Positions 19,812 to 28,977 of a stretch of DNA of 64,000 nt are shown here, in pieces. Every line of letters starts with the position of its first letter. Position 1 is the stretch's first letter. Source of the stretch: an uncultured bacterium. Lineage in GTDB: Bacteria; Krumholzibacteriota; Krumholzibacteriia; Krumholzibacteriales; Krumholzibacteriaceae. The notes beneath the pieces were generated by a model that did no database searches, had not been told where the DNA came from, and saw only the letters and a program-made list of their open reading frames with translations. The stretch is taken from positions 1,504,001-1,568,000 of the forward strand of contig CAWBAN010000001.1 in the NCBI GenBank assembly GCA_963786935.1, given 5' to 3'. The position numbers and the translations under genes are program-made.

Positions 19812-21023
19812 TTGAAACGAAATGAGAGCATTGCTTTCGTTCTGGCGCTCGCGCTTGCGGGATCGCTCCTTTCGGCGCGCCCCGGCATCGCCGCGGATAA
19901 TCCCCGCGTCGAGCACGTGCTCAACAACCTTCAGGTGATCGATTTCTCCGTGCCCCGGCAGACCGGCGAATCGGCCGCCCTCGCTCAGCGAATGGAGTTC
20001 TACAAGATCCCCGGCGTCAGCATCGCCCTGATCCACGACTTCGCCATCGAATGGGAAAAAGGCGTCGGATGTCTGAAGGCGGGCGATGCGGCTCCCGTCG
20101 ACGAAAAATCGGTGTTCCAGACAGGTTCGGTGAGCAAGTTCGTGACGGGCCTCGTGGCGCTCCATTTCGTGGAGAAGGGTTTGCTGGATCTGGATACCGA
20201 CGTGAATCGATATCTCACTTCCTGGAAGATTCCCGACAATCAAATCACGCGGGAGCGCAAGGTGACGTTGCGCTCCCTCCTGTCCCACACGTCGGGCATA
20301 CCGGCCCAAAGCCAATTGAACGATAGCGCTTCGGTTCTTCAGATTCTGAGCGGCGAGAAACCGGCGAGCAATCCGCCCGCCGTCCCCGAAACCGAACCGG
20401 GCAGCCAATGGAACTATTCGAACATCGGCTACGTCGTCATCCAGCTGATCCTCGAGGATCTCACCGGGGAGCCGTTCCCCCTGCTCGCCGAGGAGGTCGT
20501 TTTCAAGCCGCTCGGCATGACTTCCAGCTCGTTCTCCTATCCCCTCCCAGAGAATCTCCGGAATCGCGAAGCGATGCCCCATCGCACCGACGGATCTCCC
20601 GCCAGTCCCGAGCAGTCCGGGCAGGCTCGGACTCCGGGCGGTCTTCTGAGCACCCCTCACGACATGGCCCTCGTCGTCATGGAGGTCATGAACGCGTACC
20701 TCGGAAAGTCGGATCGAATCGTTTCGCCGAAAACGGCCCGGCTGATGCTCGCCAAACAGATCGACGTGCCGCCGGAGGCCCTCGGTCTGCCGCTGGGCAA
20801 CGGCTTGGGGGTGTTCATCGATTCCACTACCGAAGAGATGTGCTTCCTGCATCCGGGGCATAATTCGCCCGGCACCACGTTCGTTTTCATCGCATACCCG
20901 GCGCTCGGGAAAGGCGCCGTCATCGCGGCGAACGGCAACCTCGGGGATAGGCTCTACTTGGAGATACTGGCCGGTCTCGCCATCGAGTACCGGTGGCCCA
21001 GCGGCCAGCCGTTCAAGCGGTAA
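19812..21023 (+). CDS. Beta-lactamase-family serine hydrolase
   Basis: Signal peptide, SVSK, LLSHTSG, YSN, HPG motifs. Confidence 0.88.
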   Translation: MKRNESIAFVLALALAGSLLSARPGIAADNPRVEHVLNNLQVIDFSVPRQTGESAALAQRMEFYKIPGVSIALIHDFAIEWEKGVGCLKAGDAAPVDEKSVFQTGSVSKFVTGLVALHFVEKGLLDLDTDVNRYLTSWKIPDNQITRERKVTLRSLLSHTSGIPAQSQLNDSASVLQILSGEKPASNPPAVPETEPGSQWNYSNIGYVVIQLILEDLTGEPFPLLAEEVVFKPLGMTSSSFSYPLPENLRNREAMPHRTDGSPASPEQSGQARTPGGLLSTPHDMALVVMEVMNAYLGKSDRIVSPKTARLMLAKQIDVPPEALGLPLGNGLGVFIDSTTEEMCFLHPGHNSPGTTFVFIAYPALGKGAVIAANGNLGDRLYLEILAGLAIEYRWPSGQPFKR

Positions 21024-21119
21024 GCGAGCACGTCGAAACACGAAGAAGCCCTCGCCGAGGAGGGGGCGCGGATCGATGTCGATTAAGTGTCCGCCGGCTC
21101 AACCAAGGAGGAATCCGTG

Positions 21120-22778
21120 ATGGCCAATTCATTCAAGCCTTATCTGGCGCTGCTGATAGGGATCTGTATCGCGGCGACTTCGTCGGCGCAGGAAGAAAAG
21201 ATCTTCACCCGGCCGGAGCTGGTGCAGGATACGAGACAGCTGACCTCGATCCTGGAGCAGTCCCATCCGGATCCCTATATCAACGGCGGCGGAAAGATCG
21301 CCTTTCACCGCAGACTGCAGAACCTTCTGCAGGTTATACCGGCCGATGGAATGACGGCGGAGGAGTTCCGCGGCCTGATCCTCCCGTTCGTGGCTTCGCT
21401 GCGTGATGGACACACCGCACTGCTGCCGGCGCAGACCGGAGCGCCGCCGTCGCCCGGATTGACCGTTCCCTTCAAGATCATCGACGAATCTCTCGCCGTG
21501 TCCGGCCCGGTGCGCAAGGACGACGTCGACCTGAACGGCGCCCGTCTTATGGCGGTCGACGGAGTGCCGCTGGACGAGCTCATCCGGCGGCAGAACATTC
21601 TGCGCGGGATCGAGAACGTGAGCGGAACGCTGGCGCTTCTGACCAGAAGTCTCGGCACGACGAGAGGCCTGCGGCTTCTCATTCCCGAGCGGGTCGAATC
21701 GAGCGGTATCAGGCTGACCCTGCTTCCGGCAAAGGGCAAGAGCAGGGATTTCGTTTTCCAGCCCGGCGAAGAGATGGAGAGCTCCCCCGCCCCAACGGTC
21801 TCCAAGGTCCGGCTGCCGGACATGAGCCGATCGGATGTGGCCTGGAGCTTTCTGGACGATAAGGGCAAGACCGCGCTTCTGAAGATCGACGACATGTCCG
21901 GCTACCGCGAAGGATGCGAGGCGTGGATCGGCCGGGGGATGTCCGAGGGCCCGGATATGGCCCGGGCGGCGTACCGGAAGTTCCACGGCACGGAGGCGCC
22001 GGAAAAGATCGAAGATGTCCTCGCGGGAATTCCATCGGCCACGGATGTGTTCGCCGATCTCGTGAACGCGATGAAACGCTCGGGAACGCAGAACCTGATC
22101 GTCGATCTGCGCCTGAACACCGGCGGCAACGACCTGATGGCCAACATACTGCTCTATTTCCTTTTCGGCCGCGAGGCCATGGCATCCTGCGGCCAGGGAT
22201 ACCAGATCATGAGGTACTCGGATCTCTATTTCCAGGTATACGCGGACGACTCGCTGGCCCGGATCAACAGCGGCCGCGCCCAGCCGTTGGAGATCGGCGA
22301 CTACGATTTCGCCGAAGAGAGCGCTTTTGTCAACGGGCGCGATCCGGCGGCGGCGCTGAAAGCGGCCGAAGAGTACGTGAAGTACGCCCCGACGTTCTAC
22401 GAGGTTTACCGCCAGGGCCGGTACGAGAAATTCTATAGCCCGTCGCGCATCGTCGTGCTGTGCTCCGCCTGGACTTACAGCTCGGGCTTCACCATGCTCG
22501 CCGCGCTGCAGCAGTTCGGGGCCACGGTCGTCGGGACGACCCCGGCATACGTGGGCAACAACTTCACGGATTCTCTGCTCTTCCGTCTGAAGAACACGCA
22601 GCTCGTCGGCGCCGTATCTTTCAAGAAGAGCGTCACCTTCCCCGAGGATCCGGATACGGGACGCTCCTTGAAACCCGATGTCGTGCTGACCCACGCGAAG
22701 TGGGCTTCGATGGACTTCGATCCCGATGCCGAGGTGCTGTTGGCCCTCGAATTTCTCGCGGGGTCGAAGAAGAAATAG
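21120..22778 (+). CDS. S41-family secreted peptidase
   Basis: AGGAGG RBS, signal peptide, HPDPY, LRDGHT, IVDLRLNTGGN, TYSSG, LKPDV. Confidence 0.8.
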   Translation: MANSFKPYLALLIGICIAATSSAQEEKIFTRPELVQDTRQLTSILEQSHPDPYINGGGKIAFHRRLQNLLQVIPADGMTAEEFRGLILPFVASLRDGHTALLPAQTGAPPSPGLTVPFKIIDESLAVSGPVRKDDVDLNGARLMAVDGVPLDELIRRQNILRGIENVSGTLALLTRSLGTTRGLRLLIPERVESSGIRLTLLPAKGKSRDFVFQPGEEMESSPAPTVSKVRLPDMSRSDVAWSFLDDKGKTALLKIDDMSGYREGCEAWIGRGMSEGPDMARAAYRKFHGTEAPEKIEDVLAGIPSATDVFADLVNAMKRSGTQNLIVDLRLNTGGNDLMANILLYFLFGREAMASCGQGYQIMRYSDLYFQVYADDSLARINSGRAQPLEIGDYDFAEESAFVNGRDPAAALKAAEEYVKYAPTFYEVYRQGRYEKFYSPSRIVVLCSAWTYSSGFTMLAALQQFGATVVGTTPAYVGNNFTDSLLFRLKNTQLVGAVSFKKSVTFPEDPDTGRSLKPDVVLTHAKWASMDFDPDAEVLLALEFLAGSKKK

Positions 22779-22791
22779 CGCGGCCCGGCGC

Positions 22792-22819
22792 GCGGGCCCG
22801 GCCATTCGCCCGGGCCCGC
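22792..22819. terminator. GC hairpin between convergent genes
   Basis: gcgggcccgg/ccgggcccgc 10-bp stem, no U tract. Confidence 0.4.
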
Positions 22820-22835
22820 CGCCGCGACGCAAACC

Positions 22836-24347
22836 TCACCGCCCCGCGCCAAGCGCCTTCTCGATGCTTGCCGCGAGCTTCTCGCCGCGCAGGTCCTCGC
22901 CCCACGCCGCGATCTGACCGTCGCGTCCCACGAGGAACGGCGCCGGGATGCTGCCGATGAAGAACTGCTTCCCGATCTCGGTGTCCCAGCCCTTCTCTTC
23001 GTAGATATGGCGCCAGTTCATCCCGAGCGACGCGACCGAGTCGCGGTACGCTTCCTTCGTCAGCCGGTCCGGGAAATCGAACGATATCGACACGACCTCG
23101 AGCCCCTTCGGATGATATTCGCCGTACGCCTTGACGAGCCCGGGGAGCTCCGCGCGGCACGGCGGGCACCACGTGGCCCAGAAATCGATGAGGAGCACCT
23201 TGCCCCGGTATTCGGCGAGGGTGACCTTCTTGCCGTCGAGATCCGCCGTGCCGATCTCGACCGGCCAGAGAACGGTCGCGGCGCCGTTCTCGAGACGGGT
23301 CGAAAGCACGCGATGAACGCGATCGTTCCCGCCGTACCGGGCGACGACCGTGCGCAGAGCCTGGCCGAAGCCGCTCTTGTCGGCGCCCGGCGCGGCGTAG
23401 GCGTTGACGACCTCGAGCGCCTGCGCGCCCGCGTAGAACTCGGATCCGTCCGCGATTTTCGAGAGATAGGCTTCCGCCTTCTTGAACGCGTCCGCGCATC
23501 GCGCGTCGTCCTTCGCATATTTGAGCGAGAGCGCCGTGGCGGCCGAATAGTTGGCCTCGGCCGCGCCCGCCGCGGCCGGGGCGCCCTTCAGGTAGTCATC
23601 GACCTCGCGCACAACGAGATCGCTCACCGCGCCCCATCCGGGCGAGTACGGCGACTGGAGACGCATCGAGGCCCGCACCCGCTCGAGACCGTAATCAAAT
23701 GTCGAATCGGCCGCCCGCAGGGCCTTCATCGCGGCGAGGTAACGTCCGGCGGCCGACGCCTGCTCCGAGATATACTGCGAGGAGGTCCAGAACTCGCGCT
23801 GCTTGCCGCGAAGCCGGTCCTGGTCCTTCTTCCACGCCTCGAGAGACGCGACGCTCGTGAACGTGTCGGCCGGCCCCGTGTATTCCGGGAGCCCCTTGGC
23901 GAGATGCGCCGTGCCCTTTTCGAAATTGGCGCGCGCGCGCGCGACGAGGTCCTTCATGCGCGAATCGTCCTGGAGCGCCTTGAAATCGGGATCCTCCTCG
24001 AGCGATTCGGGCATATCCATGCCGTTATCGACGAGGCGGGTGAGCCATTTGAACGCCTCGTCCTTGTTATCCATGCGCGCATAGGCGCACGCCGTGTTGT
24101 AATCGGATGACAGAGCTCCCGGCATGAGCTTCGCCGCCTCGGCGAATTTCGCCGTGGCGCCGGCGAGATCCTTCGCGTCGAGGAGCTCGTACCCTTGTCC
24201 CGTGAGCTCCTGCGCCTTCGCGATTATCGAGTCGGCGTAGGAGACGGGGCCCGCCGTCTTCGTTTGTTTCTTGGAGCACGAGCCGAACGCGAGGAGAGCC
24301 GCCAGCGCGCAGACGGCGGCGACCGAGATGCGGAAAGAACGGTTCAT
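22836..24347 (-). CDS. Lipoprotein with TPR region and C-terminal TlpA-family thioredoxin domain
   Basis: Lipobox-like FGSC, YNTACAYA TPR, GKVLLIDFWATWCPPC. Confidence 0.85.
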   Translation of the reverse strand: MNRSFRISVAAVCALAALLAFGSCSKKQTKTAGPVSYADSIIAKAQELTGQGYELLDAKDLAGATAKFAEAAKLMPGALSSDYNTACAYARMDNKDEAFKWLTRLVDNGMDMPESLEEDPDFKALQDDSRMKDLVARARANFEKGTAHLAKGLPEYTGPADTFTSVASLEAWKKDQDRLRGKQREFWTSSQYISEQASAAGRYLAAMKALRAADSTFDYGLERVRASMRLQSPYSPGWGAVSDLVVREVDDYLKGAPAAAGAAEANYSAATALSLKYAKDDARCADAFKKAEAYLSKIADGSEFYAGAQALEVVNAYAAPGADKSGFGQALRTVVARYGGNDRVHRVLSTRLENGAATVLWPVEIGTADLDGKKVTLAEYRGKVLLIDFWATWCPPCRAELPGLVKAYGEYHPKGLEVVSISFDFPDRLTKEAYRDSVASLGMNWRHIYEEKGWDTEIGKQFFIGSIPAPFLVGRDGQIAAWGEDLRGEKLAASIEKALGAGR

Positions 24348-24436
24348 GGCGATCCTTTCTGCGAATGAGGCCAGGGAACGTGCAGTACCGATTGCATTCT
24401 TATACCGCACGCAGGGGACGCGGCGCTAGTTTTTCT

Positions 24437-24465
24437 TTGACAGGGTGGTCTCATGACCCTATAAT
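24437..24465 (+). promoter_or_regulatory. Perfect-consensus sigma70 promoter of the acyl-CoA dehydrogenase operon
   Basis: TTGACA-17-TATAAT; GGTC-N4-GACC palindrome in spacer. Confidence 0.75.
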
Positions 24466-24514
24466 CTGGAGCCTTGATTCTTGAATTACAACAACATACG
24501 AAGGAAGGGCCCGC

Positions 24515-25672
24515 ATGCTGAATTACGATCTCAGCGAGGAGCAGCAGATACTTCGCGATTCCGTCCGCGAGTTCGCCGAGAAGGAGATAAAGCCGGTCGC
24601 CGAGCACCTCGACGAGAAGGAGGAGTTCTCCCTCGATCTTGTGAAGAAGATGGCCGAGATGGGCCTCTTCGGGATGTTCGTCTCGGAGGAGTACGGGGGG
24701 AGCAACGTCGGCTACGTCGCCTACGTCATCGCCGTCGAGGAGCTCGCCCGCGTGGACGGCTCGGCCGCGGCGACCGTGGCGGCGGCGAACTCGCTCGGCA
24801 TCGGCCCGATCTTCTATTTCGGGAACGACGAGCAGAAGCGCGAGTGGCTCCCGCGGCTTTGCCGCGGCGAGGCGCTCGCCTCCTTCGGGCTCACCGAGCC
24901 GAACGCCGGGAGCGACGCGGGCGGGAGCCAGACGACGGCCGAGCTCAAGAACGGCGAATGGATCATCAACGGGAGCAAGATATTCATCACGAACTCCTCC
25001 TCCCCGATGTCGGAGATCATCATCGTGCAGGCGAAGACGGGCGAGCGCGCGCCGGGGAAAAGCGAGCTCTCCTGCATCCTCGTCCCGAACAAGACCCCCG
25101 GCGTCACCGCGAAGACGATGCACGGGAAGATGATGTGGCGCTCGTCCAACACGGGCGAGCTCTACTTCGACAACGTGAAGGTCCCCGAGAAGAACATGGT
25201 GGGAAAGCGCGGCGAGGGATTCAAGCAGATGCTCTCGACGCTCGACCGCGGGCGCCTCGCGATCGCGGCGATGGGGCTCGGCGGCGCGCAGGGCGCCTTC
25301 GAGCTCGCGCTCGCCTACGCGAAGGAGCGGCGGCAGTTCGGCAAGCCGATCGCGAGCTTCCAGGCGGTCGCCTTCAAGCTCGCCGACATGGCGATGGAGA
25401 TCGAGGCCGCCCGCAGCCTCCTCTACAAGGCGTGCTGGCTCTGCGAGCAGAAGCGGCACTTCGGCAAGGAAGCGGCGATGGCGAAGCTCTACTGCAGCGA
25501 GGTCATGAGCCGCGCCGTGAACGAGGCCGTGCAGATCCACGGCGGATACGGACTCATGCGCGAGTATCAGATCGAGCGGTTTTACCGCGACCAGAAGCTC
25601 CTCGAGATCGGCGAAGGAACGAGCGAGATCCAGCGCGTCGTGATCGCCCGCAATCTCGGCTGTCTCGAATAA
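24515..25672 (+). CDS. Acyl-CoA dehydrogenase
   Basis: FGLTEPNAGSD, NGSKIFIT, RRQFGKPI, QIHGGYG, IGEGTSEIQR. Confidence 0.93.
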   Translation: MLNYDLSEEQQILRDSVREFAEKEIKPVAEHLDEKEEFSLDLVKKMAEMGLFGMFVSEEYGGSNVGYVAYVIAVEELARVDGSAAATVAAANSLGIGPIFYFGNDEQKREWLPRLCRGEALASFGLTEPNAGSDAGGSQTTAELKNGEWIINGSKIFITNSSSPMSEIIIVQAKTGERAPGKSELSCILVPNKTPGVTAKTMHGKMMWRSSNTGELYFDNVKVPEKNMVGKRGEGFKQMLSTLDRGRLAIAAMGLGGAQGAFELALAYAKERRQFGKPIASFQAVAFKLADMAMEIEAARSLLYKACWLCEQKRHFGKEAAMAKLYCSEVMSRAVNEAVQIHGGYGLMREYQIERFYRDQKLLEIGEGTSEIQRVVIARNLGCLE

Positions 25673-25690
25673 CGCACCCGGAGGCATCGA

Positions 25691-26713
25691 ATGGACATCA
25701 TCGAAGAAGGAAAGGGCGAGCTTCTCGGCTTCCACGATCCCGACGAGCAGCGCGCCTGGATCGCCCTGAACAAATCGACCGCCCTCGTCGACAAGCGGAT
25801 GACGGTGGCGGAGGCGGTCGAGAAATATATCCCGGACGGCTCGTACATCGCATCCGGGGGCTTCGGCCACATCAGGGTCGCGATGTCGGTCATCTACGAG
25901 ATCATCCGGCGCAAGCGCCGCAACCTCGCCATCGCCGGCAAGACCGCCGTGCACGATTTCGACATCCTCATGGGGGCGGGCTGCATCGCCAAGTGCGAGA
26001 CGGCCTACTCCTTCGGGCACGAGCTGCGCGGCCTCTCCCCCGCCTCGCGGCGGGCCGTCGAATCGGGGCGCGTGAAGGTCGTGGCCGAGACGTCGAACGC
26101 CGGCTACCAGTGGCGCTTCCTCGCGGGCATGATGGGCGTGCCGTTCATCCCGGCGCGAAACCTCCTCGGCACGGATACGCTCCGCTACTCGTCGGCGAAG
26201 GTCGCCACGGATCCCTTCACGGGGAAGCCCGTCACGCTCATTCCGTCGGCCAACCCCGACGTCGTCCTCATGCACGTGCCCCGCTGCGACAAGTACGGGA
26301 ACTGCCAGATCGACGGCATCCTCATCATGGATTACGAGCTCGCGCGCTCGGCGCGCCGCCTCATCGTGACGACGGAGGAGATCGTCGACGAGGAGGAGAT
26401 CCGGAAGGTCCCGTGGCGCACCGTGATCCCCTACATGTACGTCGACGCCGTGTGCGAGGTGCCCTTTGGATCGCACCCGTGCCAGATGCCCTACCTCTAC
26501 TTCTTCGACGAGGAGATCATCGGCGAATGGCTCGCGCTCTCGAAAACGGACGAGGGCGTGAACGAGTTCTTTGACAAGTACGTCTTCGGCGTGAAGGATT
26601 TCGACGAATACCTCGAGCGCGTGGGCGGTTCGGAGAAGCTCGAGCACCTCAGACGCGTCGAGCGCCTCGAGGAGCAGATGCGCGCGCCGTGGCTCAAAGG
26701 AAAAAAGGAATAG
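25691..26713 (+). CDS. CoA-transferase subunit A (glutaconate CoA-transferase-like)
   Basis: EAVEKYIPDG..GGFG, GVPFIP, HVPRCDKYGN, PFGSHP. Confidence 0.85.
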   Translation: MDIIEEGKGELLGFHDPDEQRAWIALNKSTALVDKRMTVAEAVEKYIPDGSYIASGGFGHIRVAMSVIYEIIRRKRRNLAIAGKTAVHDFDILMGAGCIAKCETAYSFGHELRGLSPASRRAVESGRVKVVAETSNAGYQWRFLAGMMGVPFIPARNLLGTDTLRYSSAKVATDPFTGKPVTLIPSANPDVVLMHVPRCDKYGNCQIDGILIMDYELARSARRLIVTTEEIVDEEEIRKVPWRTVIPYMYVDAVCEVPFGSHPCQMPYLYFFDEEIIGEWLALSKTDEGVNEFFDKYVFGVKDFDEYLERVGGSEKLEHLRRVERLEEQMRAPWLKGKKE

Positions 26714-26725
26714 CGAGGATCATCG

Positions 26726-27502
26726 ATGGCGGAAACGATCGGCTATACGGAAAACGAACTCCTCATCTCGGTCGCCTCGAAGCTTCTCGAGGACAACACC
26801 TCCGCGCTCGTGGGCACGGGGCTCCCGATGCTCGCCGGCATGCTCGCGCAGAAGACGCACGCCCCGGGCCTCCTCATCATCTTCGAGGCCGGGGGCATCG
26901 GGCCGAAGATCCCGACGCTGCCGATCTCGGTCGGCGACTCGCGCACCTTCCACCGCGCGGTCGCGGCCTCGAGCATGCACGACGTCATGTCGTTCGCGCA
27001 GGCCGGATACGTCGACTTCGGATTTCTCGGCGCGGCGCAGCTCGACAAGCACGGGAACATCAACACCACGGTCATCGGCGATCACGACCATCCGAAGGCG
27101 CGCCTGCCGGGGAGCGGCGGCGCGAACGACGTCGGCTCATTCACGCGGCGCACGATCATCATCATCCGCCAGGACAAGCGGCGGCTCGTCGAGAAGTGCG
27201 ATTTCGTGACGACCCCGGGCTATCTCGACGGCGAGGGGGCGCGCGAGCGCGCGGGGCTCCCGAAGAACACCGGGCCGTACCGCGTCATCACGCAGCTCGG
27301 CGTCTTCGACTTCGGCGGGAAGAACAAAACGATGCGCCTCATCGCGCTCCATCCCGGCGTAACGGTCGCCGACGTCGAGGCTGCGACCTCATTCGAGATC
27401 GAGGTCGCCCCGAAGCTCGACACGACCGTGCCCCCCACGGCAAAAGAAATCGAAATTCTCCACAAGGAGATCGATCCCGCGGGAATCGTACTCAAGAAGT
27501 AA
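26726..27502 (+). CDS. CoA-transferase subunit B
   Basis: VGTGLP, FEAG catalytic Glu, GAAQLDKHGNINTT, LPGSGGAND. Confidence 0.88.
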   Translation: MAETIGYTENELLISVASKLLEDNTSALVGTGLPMLAGMLAQKTHAPGLLIIFEAGGIGPKIPTLPISVGDSRTFHRAVAASSMHDVMSFAQAGYVDFGFLGAAQLDKHGNINTTVIGDHDHPKARLPGSGGANDVGSFTRRTIIIIRQDKRRLVEKCDFVTTPGYLDGEGARERAGLPKNTGPYRVITQLGVFDFGGKNKTMRLIALHPGVTVADVEAATSFEIEVAPKLDTTVPPTAKEIEILHKEIDPAGIVLKK

Positions 27503-27736
27503 AATAAATATTACACATGCGTAATAAATAGTTTACACTTTAATTCATTGCAATATAAATAGATATACAATTGTATCACGCATAGTGTAAAATAATATTT
27601 ACATATAGTTGACGGCGACCCCACGATCCGCATCGACGCTCCCGCCCAAGAGACACCGCAACTGATTTCATGACAATATATTACGAGCTTCGAGAAACAA
27701 CAGGGAACAATCGGGAAGTTTGGCACGCGCCTTGAT
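27503..27736 (+). promoter_or_regulatory. AT-rich upstream region and sigma54-like promoter for the GKSVW peptide gene
   Basis: TGGCACG-CGCC-TTGAT at 27721-27736 (consensus TGGCACG-N4-TTGCW, one mismatch at -12); palindrome ATACAATTGTAT 27565-27576. Confidence 0.55.
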
Positions 27737-27794
27737 ATTACAAGGAACTGGAAGCAGTCAACGGCAGCGGTGAGAAACAAAAAGGAGGTTCGAG

Positions 27795-27896
27795 ATGTTC
27801 CACGTAACACACATCAGCTTCATCGTCACGATGCTCCTTCTCGGCAAGAGCGTGTGGGGCAAGTCGGTATGGGGAAAGAGCGTTTGGGGTTGGTAA
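27795..27896 (+). CDS. 33-aa peptide MFHVTHISFIVTMLLLGKSVWGKSVWGKSVWGW
   Basis: AAAGGAGG RBS 6 nt before ATG; three GKSVW repeats that differ only at synonymous sites; own promoter and terminators; absent from the ORF track. Confidence 0.8.
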   Translation: MFHVTHISFIVTMLLLGKSVWGKSVWGKSVWGW

Positions 27897-27937
27897 GCCG
27901 TTAAGAGATCCGCGAACGATCATCAGAGCTGGAGCAT

Positions 27938-27969
27938 TAAAAGCGGAGCGCAGGGACCTCCGCTTTTTT
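27938..27969 (+). terminator. Intrinsic terminator 1 after peptide gene
   Basis: aaagcggag-N9-ctccgc-tttttt. Confidence 0.7.
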
Positions 27970-28000
27970 CTTTCCCATCGAACCCCCGAGACCGCTTCCG

Positions 28001-28031
28001 GGGCTCTCCGCGAGGAGAGCCCTTTTTGTTT
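28001..28031 (+). terminator. Intrinsic terminator 2
   Basis: gggctctcc-GCGA-ggagagccc followed by tttttgttt. Confidence 0.8.
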
Positions 28032-28068
28032 GCCCGTGTCCGCGGCGATGGGATATAGTGTCCACCGT

Positions 28069-28977
28069 ATGGTCAAGCCGTCCATCATCATACGCGAGCT
28101 CCGGGCCGAGTTTCTCCCCGCGAGCGCCATGGCCGTCTTCCTCGGGACGGCCGCCGCGCACGCGCGAACCGACGCCTTCGATCCGCTCCTCTTCGCGCTG
28201 GCGCTCGCCGGCGTCGTCTTCATCCATCTCGGCACGAACGTCTCGAACGACTACTTCGACCATCGCTCGGGGAACGACGCCTTCAACAGGGATTTCATCC
28301 GCCCCTTCACCGGCGGAAGCCGCCTCATTCAAGAGAATCTGATTTCCCCGCGGGCGGTGCTGATTCTTTCGATCGCGCTTCTCGCCGCCGCGCTCGCCGT
28401 CGGCGTCGTCCTCGCCGTTCTCAGGGGACCGTACATCGTTCTGCTCGGCGCCGTCGGCATCGCGAGCGGCCTCTTCTACGTGGCCCCGCCGGTCAACCTC
28501 GCGAGCCGCGGCTACGGCGAGGTCTTCATCGGGCTCAACTTCGGAGTCCTCGCGGTGGCGGGCTCGTACTTCGTGCAGGCGGGCGAAGTGACGGGAGAGA
28601 TCGTCGTCGCCTCCCTCCCGCTCGCGATTCTCATCGCGGCGGTCGTTTTCATCAACGAGTTTCAGGATATGAAGGCCGACGCGCAGGCCGGGAAGCGCAC
28701 GCTCGTCGTGCGGATAGGGCTCGAGCGCGCCTCGCGCGTATACGGCTGGCTCCTGTTATCGGCGTTCGTTCCGGTGATTATCGGTGCCGCGTCGGGGCTC
28801 ATGCCGCGGACGACCCTCATCTCCCTCGGCGCCCTTCCCTTCGCGCTCAAGGCGATCGCCGTCGCGCGGCGGAGCTACGGCTCCCCGAAAGAGCTGGCCC
28901 CCGCGAACGCGCTCACGATCGTGTGCCACGCGCTGACGGGGGCCCTCCTCACCATCGGCTATCTGATCAATCGCTGA
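28069..28977 (+). CDS. menA: 1,4-dihydroxy-2-naphthoate polyprenyltransferase (UbiA family)
   Basis: NVSNDYFD..SGND, FTGGSR, NEFQDMKADAQAGKRTL; own TTGCCC-18-TATAGT promoter (28030-28059). Confidence 0.85.
   Translation: MVKPSIIIRELRAEFLPASAMAVFLGTAAAHARTDAFDPLLFALALAGVVFIHLGTNVSNDYFDHRSGNDAFNRDFIRPFTGGSRLIQENLISPRAVLILSIALLAAALAVGVVLAVLRGPYIVLLGAVGIASGLFYVAPPVNLASRGYGEVFIGLNFGVLAVAGSYFVQAGEVTGEIVVASLPLAILIAAVVFINEFQDMKADAQAGKRTLVVRIGLERASRVYGWLLLSAFVPVIIGAASGLMPRTTLISLGALPFALKAIAVARRSYGSPKELAPANALTIVCHALTGALLTIGYLINR

Noticed and set aside
27511..27810. 99-aa minus-strand ORF over the AT-rich tract
   Set aside because: No RBS, non-host codon usage, overlaps the promoter of the plus-strand peptide gene
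27795..28031. Trp attenuator leader controlling menA
   Set aside because: Trp codons are spaced in a repeated motif, the downstream gene is not a trp gene, and menA has its own sigma70-like promoter after the terminators; disfavoured but not fully excluded
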